Below, piece by piece: positions 59,801-64,000 of a stretch of 64,000 nucleotides of DNA. The notes under the pieces are model-generated. The model had not been told where the DNA came from, did no database searches, and saw nothing but the letters and a program-made list of their open reading frames with translations. The DNA comes from a virus (lineage: Duplodnaviria > Heunggongvirae > Uroviricota > Caudoviricetes): IMG/VR virus record IMGVR_UViG_3300033692_000022; one strand, given 5' to 3'. Positions within the stretch are counted from its first letter, which is position 1. Each line of letters opens with the position of its first letter. The position numbers were made by a program, and so were the translations under genes.

Positions 59801-61010
59801 CCAGGTTAAAGTAGGCGGGGAAGCAGAAAACGCTATAATGCACGCCAAGCTCGGAAAGAAAGGTATCGGTTATCTTTCTAACATCAACATGAAGATTAAA
59901 CAGTTGGCCAAGGGAGTAGAAAATAAAAACTCCAGAGTATTCAATCAGTTATTTAATGATATAGATACTGGCCCGGGCGGAGCTTTTGGTGCTTTAGAAC
60001 AGTTCGGTACCACATTAGAGCAGAACTTTATCGATGTTAAGCACGATGATTTAGATGCAGCATTCGGTAAAGATCAGGCAGCTCATATTTCAATGGATGT
60101 CGGGTCTGCTATTAATAGAGGCGACTTTGATTTCTTAAGGAGTATCAAAAGTAAACAGACTGGCGAGGCTATTTTCGATGAAACCTCATTAAATGTTGCT
60201 GAAAGATTCCACTCAGCTATGAAACAGACTGACACATGGTACGCTCCAGAGACAAAGGCCTTTCTAAGTACTCAGATGAAAGATTACGGAGGAGGAGCCG
60301 CAGGAGTTTACGAAATGCTTAAAGGAGCTCAGTCTGGAGATACAGCTATTACTCCATATCTTGAAGATATACTGGGAGCAACGGGAGTAAGTGAGTCAGT
60401 AGACAGTAAGGTAATAAACCAGCTTAAAAATATTAAACCTCAAAGTGTTGGGGATTCTGTTGCTAAGTCAGCCATCAATGCAACACCGGTCGGCGCAACA
60501 ACCAATACTATAGAGGGTAGTATAAATAAGGCAGCCAAAAGTGCAGTAGGAAGCACAAAGAAGTTACTTAAGGGAACAGGACTGGTAGCAGCCGTAGGAG
60601 CTGGTGCTTATGCTGTAAGTCACTTCTTAAGAGATGACCCAATAACTCCAGAGAGTATGCCACAGCATAATGAGGCCCCAGATGTCACAGGTAACTATGA
60701 ATCTAAAGGTTACAAAGTAGAAAGACAGAGACAGCAGGAAGAAAAAGCTCGTAGACCACAGGGCAATAAAAGAGTTAACACCGATTCCAATCAGGCCTAT
60801 GTCCAAAATAATCAGGGCAAAAACATCAAGATAAAAGGAAGCGGTAATGTAGATACAGAAAGAGTAAGCTCTCTAATCCAGCAAGAAATGGAAAGGTCCG
60901 GTCGCAGTGGAGAGATAAACCTAAACATCAATGATAATACATCAGAGATAAATAACCAGTGGATGCAGGAGAAAGTAGCAGCAGCAATGAATGACGGGTA
61001 CGTTAATTAA
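53865..61010 (+). CDS. single-chain two-barrel RNA polymerase fused to an N-terminal DEDDh exonuclease, probably virion-packaged
   Basis: FFDLET / GHNVANYD / AHTASYD (DEDDh); MQR, YEN, KLDVEGEK, DISM..(beta-like); LSDSIAGKES..SRMPASG, RYP, NADSDGD (beta'-like). ATG 53865 follows AAGGGGTG. Confidence 0.85.
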   Translation: MVDELGFNTENKRGSIWNQMDQETRESLNYKGFFSGSELPNSNPFYVPFKTVGRNTNSYTFNNGDAYSQLHSNLINTLQNRRNHDQAILDVSEFNNRMLDRYRGTSRSETRQAKLQWIKDQGIENYDSNARDWSWKRIYKIYGQDVDVDIWRNVNNMHERNKPQQAIESYINYRSGNQSAVFFDLETFGSFNQNTGEINGFFMPYQASFKEARFVNGRVQKGSTRNFLIDPSQTKAMPKIQQAIDKLKTQKETGVTQALTDSEYRAVRDLIKIGDADVKNGEIKNLPKWVDDVLPEGQVQDLSAYLDKAEEGLLKLTEEGNSPEELIKYWNDISEDNMVAGHNVANYDIPGLKLFATNEGLGIHDTDNYFDTMQLFRSVSSNPEEDIYGGKNPTDSGDLTLDALRSRYNLESTDAHTASYDIDSLIDVLDEGKDDIDSRLNIMLYKNNENTDEVIERINKNIYELEAGQKDYGLHSYQSPYQEELDRAFEKDIDKINQLKRARTSVEDAAKRHDSLFSIDNESIRTGDILFAQQGQHAYREAAADMVLEKDGEDLIKKDFPKVSVRKKSYYRVSDSFEDQGMHNLVLENLSTEDVHVISRENKSDLQNYVQKMFNYEGRGLDEDELAEKVARANDNYLDDLARTRYRKLFSGEDRSFRNLKMFYDAVDIEDESALREHFNSEQQLRDFNRMRDRLESEADVVRPALQEIENQYGRESSYSDKAVIQVKRKLDMEFGPHKENANLLDFERKGIDIPTFDGGKTSLNIPDFETGSKNLWWTVYNETKGRDKRAREIYMNDILNKLERDQVITSQKRARLQEKQNIKYQIEGLIDDLMRNDSIDKAENGLKVDSLKARESMLKGDEAVQKGRKIGSQTVEFMNKTMYEGDFVQSELDRMSKEASRYLPEGFDYDFNQNVKDISAKLTAQNGVGYSISFTDNGNLMLAVADEGSIEEVERGLLRGRPSKKAAYLEIPMPDEKGLLRQKSITKTPQGYIKRDWRNPGQYHLKTTSDEIVQNLTYKSRLDKVSRYLEEGDIDSVQKELNRAVNSVLEELPDTSKGTTTTSSYTTVADALKQTHINASEMGRELITEMGIDQQDFYRDQLAGMNKGQLDLHDLRLADQMKVIKEMPDFIERKTGIKVNAASIKGSHISDAKFATEDVRTLKPLSPYSAATRPNPIQMQRHYQLEDSALDLINRTDSLSVGQDIVTDQLRAIEDRYDMKPSSVSMNVALTDNITLEQLYQDNEIDKNFITQASTYENTAVMRESQMELFNARQVKSMSMPDVAPENIEYSNKVMRALDNGEEVAVEPKEIIAKYIDDSGLEKEIRYTEENRGVISNVDLTPGKERLEIAVERPGETSMKLDVEGEKVTVIPMADETMDKFFGKDISMAYASNIEKHEDFGAPIIGQINRIMDDINKYDGEDRATEKRQFIRRFNDIFGQDLTEDNFTEVNGRSVLQIDGDLEKWKKEIDPTKVQDMLDEWGISEVEETSSGRKYIKQRQAVGRQIVDEHERVMSAYGRVPSWDVQDVGVKFGPRQTFAVEELWGFKETAKYIRQNAGKRNGDIDRVARGSWNAIQYMIEGTPEFANPAEPEEFKTAVRGVRGYTEDTLQGTVISPDEGTSRFMKLPEELTIDDGAGNRVSIDSVFMPERDLGKVGDGRVELDKIQGAQTKIHDLAMEMKERRRVPDGQDVSKLRSFEEIRMDMKRTVENYYSELSDSIAGKESDIAKGLTSRMPASGHGKIRIMSPTVKTAESTFTESDWNEILQADEDKAYDIFQAKRNKYERELGEEILEENTIYISKKRAKELATDRVSGKVSDKLLRDMSEEGVYGLGIRYPMFFKEAAQPVKIKTHKDVYKNDMFMTAGTADILNADSDGDKGAFVLMREFIEGRTEDGEQIFERTEASRRSEDEIRDVFRSKEQIRRRFEQGQNAARDYINKTAGTNEEFIRNLDSNIRNYKADGNLQTLDRLVPDGVSGFQVKVGGEAENAIMHAKLGKKGIGYLSNINMKIKQLAKGVENKNSRVFNQLFNDIDTGPGGAFGALEQFGTTLEQNFIDVKHDDLDAAFGKDQAAHISMDVGSAINRGDFDFLRSIKSKQTGEAIFDETSLNVAERFHSAMKQTDTWYAPETKAFLSTQMKDYGGGAAGVYEMLKGAQSGDTAITPYLEDILGATGVSESVDSKVINQLKNIKPQSVGDSVAKSAINATPVGATTNTIEGSINKAAKSAVGSTKKLLKGTGLVAAVGAGAYAVSHFLRDDPITPESMPQHNEAPDVTGNYESKGYKVERQRQQEEKARRPQGNKRVNTDSNQAYVQNNQGKNIKIKGSGNVDTERVSSLIQQEMERSGRSGEINLNINDNTSEINNQWMQEKVAAAMNDGYVN

Positions 61011-61031
61011 CAAAAGTAAAGGGTGAAATAA

Positions 61032-64000
61032 ATGAGTGAAGAAGATAAGACATTTTATGGACAATCAAATATATTATCACATTCAGCAAAGTACACTATA
61101 GAGCCAGTAAATGATTTAGATGAGGTGCACGGCTCTCCAAGTAGCCCTTACTTTCTGAGGCTGGGGGACGTTCAGTTTATGATTCCCCCTACCTCTATCC
61201 GTACCGATAAGGTATCAAAGACACAAAAGAGTAAGACCTTAAGAGGTAAGGGATCTGTAAAATATGGTGGAGGCCAGAGCACAACAAGACTTACTATCGA
61301 TATTTACTTTAATAATATCAACTCAATCAATGGGTATGAGATAGGTAATCCAATGGCTGCTAGTGATGCAGTAAGGGATGAAGATAGATTCTATTATATA
61401 GACGGACTGAGAAGTTTAATAGCTCAGTTTAATAACGCACCATTTTTACCTATTGAAAACGAGTTTATCAATAATGTACTTGGAATAGATGCAGTTACCC
61501 TACAGGGACTGGAAGTAAATACAATAGAAGGATTCCCTAATACTTTAAAGTGCCAGCTTACAATGTATGAGTTTAACTACAGAACATATCTACCATGGAT
61601 AGATGAAGTAATCCAGATAGATACAATGAATATTTTCAAGCACGCATTTAACTGGCCACTATTTAGGTACTACTACCAGAAGAATATAGACGACTACAAA
61701 AAAATAGAAAAGGCGGAAATAGACGACAGTATAACTTTCAGTAAGATATCCGAACAGGCCCTCAAAGAAAGAAGAGAGGCCAGGACCAAGCTGAAAGAGG
61801 ACAAAGATAAATACAATAAGAAATTTTCAGAAATAGCAAAAGAGATGGGAAAAAAGAACTCGGAATTAGTTGAGGCCAGAGATAAATATTTCGATGCTAA
61901 AAAAGAATTCCTTCATATATATAAGACTTACGACAATATAGAATATTTAACAGCAAGAGATATGATGAGTGCTCTAGGAAATAGCATGCCCGAAAATATA
62001 CTAACAACTGGAGACGATAAGGGTGGAGCCTTAATTAAAACTCCTTCTAAAAAAGTATTAGAAACTGCTGCAGAAAATAATAGACTAAGAAGAAGAGAAT
62101 ATAACGAAATAATAATTTACTTCGAGGGTCATCCAAAACATAACGAGGATGACAAGGTTTTAATAGAACTACTGGAAAATATAGAAAGAAAAGATATAGA
62201 AGCTGAAGCACTTAAGAGAAGTAATGAGCTTCAGAACGATAAGGTAAAGTATGAAGCCCTGGCTTCTAAGGATGAGGGAGACATGGAGATGGAAGAAATA
62301 CCACTCGATGATCTATATCTTAAGAGGTTGAACATAAAGCAGGAGAATATAGTAAGTGAAATAAGACTTGATGGCCAGACAGAACCAGCACATCAATATT
62401 TCGGCTCTCAGGATGTATTAGGATACGCAGAATTTCAGGCAACAAGCAGGGAAACTGTTGCTATCTTTAAGAATATGCTTGATGAAACAAATGCTAAGAT
62501 TCAGGCCTACAGAGACGAAATAATGCCAGGTTTCCTTAAGGTAGATAATGACCTTTTAAATTTATTTGGCGTAGAAAATATTGTTATAGAGGCCTGCACT
62601 ATTTCAACCACTAACAATCCAGAAGTATTCAGTATAAATCTTACATTCTATGAATTTGATATAAATCAGAAAGATAAAGAAAGTCTTGATAAAACAAGCG
62701 GTAATACTGAAGAAACATACAAGAGACCAGATAAGGAAGATCTTGAAATAAACACAGCTGTTCAATCAATAAGAAATCAGCTTTTACTAAAGAAAAGACT
62801 GATGGAGAAATCACCGTTCCCAGATCTAAACCTTCCCACAATTAAAGAATTTAAAGATGTGCTTAATAGGCACCCTAAAAACTTAGGGACCGTACATCGT
62901 GAGATTGAGGGTAATTATGTAGATCCAGACTTCTACATTATGACCTTAGCTGACCTTAAAGATTATATTCTTAAGTCAATCAATTCAGAAGGTAAGATAC
63001 TGATGAGAGACAACTACGGTCAGCAGACCGAATACGATATTCCAAATGGTAAAAATAGTGGATCGATGTATATAGAACAAGGCAGTCAGTCAACCTATGA
63101 AAAGATAATAGAAGAAGCTCAAAAAGAAGATGAAAGCTATAAGAAATTAAATGATTTTCCTGTAACTGAAGATGACGAACACGGAACTAAGATGGTATCA
63201 CCTCTTTTTAATGGTAATACTCACTCTATAAATATAAAAGGTAAAAATATACCATCAGTAAATGATAGACTTTATGGAATGCTGCATGATCTGATGAAAT
63301 ATTCTCACCAGGGAAGACTATCGAGAGCTTTCCCCAGTTTCCACATCTCCTTTATTGAAGAAGGAGAGGAGATGGATAACTACAGATTATGGGATAACCT
63401 TTATGGAATAAACGGTATAACTTCAATAGATATAGTAAGAAGTAGAAAACAAGCTGCAGATATCTGCTACCTTGAAATCTCGAACATCTACGATAATTTA
63501 TACAGTGATACAACAGAAGATGTTGACTTAGATGCAGACGAAGAATATAGCTGGTGGAATTATTTTTCTGATGATATGTCTATTGAGATGATAGAAGATC
63601 ACATGGAAGTAAAAGATAGATTAAATATACTCCCGGGCGCAAGAATACAGGTTAGAAATGGATATGGCTCCAACCTAGAAAGTATGCCTTTAGTATTTAA
63701 CGGTACAATAGCTGAAATCAATGCTACAAGAAAAGTGCAGATAGTAGCTCAATCTGATGGGGCAGAACTTACAAATGTCATCCCTGCTGATAAAGATGAC
63801 TCAACAGGCAGGCTTGATTTTGGAGTAGAGCCACAGGATATTATAATGGAGATCCTCAAAGAAGAGCAGAGTCTAATCAAAGAGGGAATCAATAAAATAA
63901 CACTTGGTAAATTTATGGAGCAGAAACACTTAGGAATAAAGCACTTCGGTCAAAAAAGACATGTCTGGAAAGAAGCTCAAACCCAAAACTTTTTAAATAA
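61032..64000 (+). CDS. large baseplate hub-like tail protein, runs off the window end
   Basis: ATG 61032 after GGGGTG; frame still open at 64000; PGARIQVRNGYGSN..VFNGTIAEI..VQIVAQSDG hub-like pattern near the end. Confidence 0.65.
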   Translation, partial: MSEEDKTFYGQSNILSHSAKYTIEPVNDLDEVHGSPSSPYFLRLGDVQFMIPPTSIRTDKVSKTQKSKTLRGKGSVKYGGGQSTTRLTIDIYFNNINSINGYEIGNPMAASDAVRDEDRFYYIDGLRSLIAQFNNAPFLPIENEFINNVLGIDAVTLQGLEVNTIEGFPNTLKCQLTMYEFNYRTYLPWIDEVIQIDTMNIFKHAFNWPLFRYYYQKNIDDYKKIEKAEIDDSITFSKISEQALKERREARTKLKEDKDKYNKKFSEIAKEMGKKNSELVEARDKYFDAKKEFLHIYKTYDNIEYLTARDMMSALGNSMPENILTTGDDKGGALIKTPSKKVLETAAENNRLRRREYNEIIIYFEGHPKHNEDDKVLIELLENIERKDIEAEALKRSNELQNDKVKYEALASKDEGDMEMEEIPLDDLYLKRLNIKQENIVSEIRLDGQTEPAHQYFGSQDVLGYAEFQATSRETVAIFKNMLDETNAKIQAYRDEIMPGFLKVDNDLLNLFGVENIVIEACTISTTNNPEVFSINLTFYEFDINQKDKESLDKTSGNTEETYKRPDKEDLEINTAVQSIRNQLLLKKRLMEKSPFPDLNLPTIKEFKDVLNRHPKNLGTVHREIEGNYVDPDFYIMTLADLKDYILKSINSEGKILMRDNYGQQTEYDIPNGKNSGSMYIEQGSQSTYEKIIEEAQKEDESYKKLNDFPVTEDDEHGTKMVSPLFNGNTHSINIKGKNIPSVNDRLYGMLHDLMKYSHQGRLSRAFPSFHISFIEEGEEMDNYRLWDNLYGINGITSIDIVRSRKQAADICYLEISNIYDNLYSDTTEDVDLDADEEYSWWNYFSDDMSIEMIEDHMEVKDRLNILPGARIQVRNGYGSNLESMPLVFNGTIAEINATRKVQIVAQSDGAELTNVIPADKDDSTGRLDFGVEPQDIIMEILKEEQSLIKEGINKITLGKFMEQKHLGIKHFGQKRHVWKEAQTQNFLN

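Noticed and set aside
53856-61010. PolC/DnaE-type DNA polymerase, suggested by the DEDDh domain
   Set aside because: No PHP or C-family palm motifs were seen; the downstream motifs are those of two-barrel RNA polymerases.
783-62841. Many short opposite-strand or alternate-frame ORFs in the track (e.g. 796..993, 4200..4556, 9766..10086, 13456..13824, 29453..29737, 57632..58018)
   Set aside because: They shadow longer genes with RBSs and recognisable motifs, and show the Leu/Ser/Phe-rich composition of antisense frames.
1-64000. Stop-codon reassignment
   Set aside because: Conserved genes are full length under the standard code, TAA, TAG and TGA all end genes, and no suppressor tRNA was found.

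Overview
This window is a 64-kb segment of a large tailed phage with a contractile tail (myovirus morphotype). Its host is probably a Firmicute: AGGAGG/GGGGTG ribosome sites, a clostridial-type AbrB and a YneA-like LysM protein point that way. The very acidic proteins suggest a halophilic host, but that is inference. Layout: (i) <1-8491, leftward small genes, probably early, with repeated regulatory motifs; (ii) 9025-10897, ParA plus a ribbon-helix-helix partner behind a 6-bp-periodic GTAC array, suggesting a plasmid-like prophage; (iii) 11938-13793, a radical SAM/SPASM-type enzyme followed by two His-x-Asp repeat peptides, a candidate phage RiPP system; (iv) 14127-17196, probable small terminase and a tRNA cluster in which tRNA-Pro(UGG) is split by an HNH endonuclease gene; (v) 18408-64000, the virion module (Gly/Ala-rich candidate ejection proteins, TerL, PhoH, portal, protease, major capsid, neck, two sheath and three tube paralogs, a -1 frameshifted tail chaperone, tape measure, partial baseplate hub). 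The main finding is the 2384-aa ORF 53856-61010, between the tape measure and baseplate genes. It carries, in order, a DEDDh exonuclease domain, RNA polymerase beta-like motifs and beta'-like motifs including NADSDGD. It looks like a single-chain two-barrel RNA polymerase fused to an exonuclease and is probably virion-packaged. All family calls come from motif reading by eye; no database searches were run.
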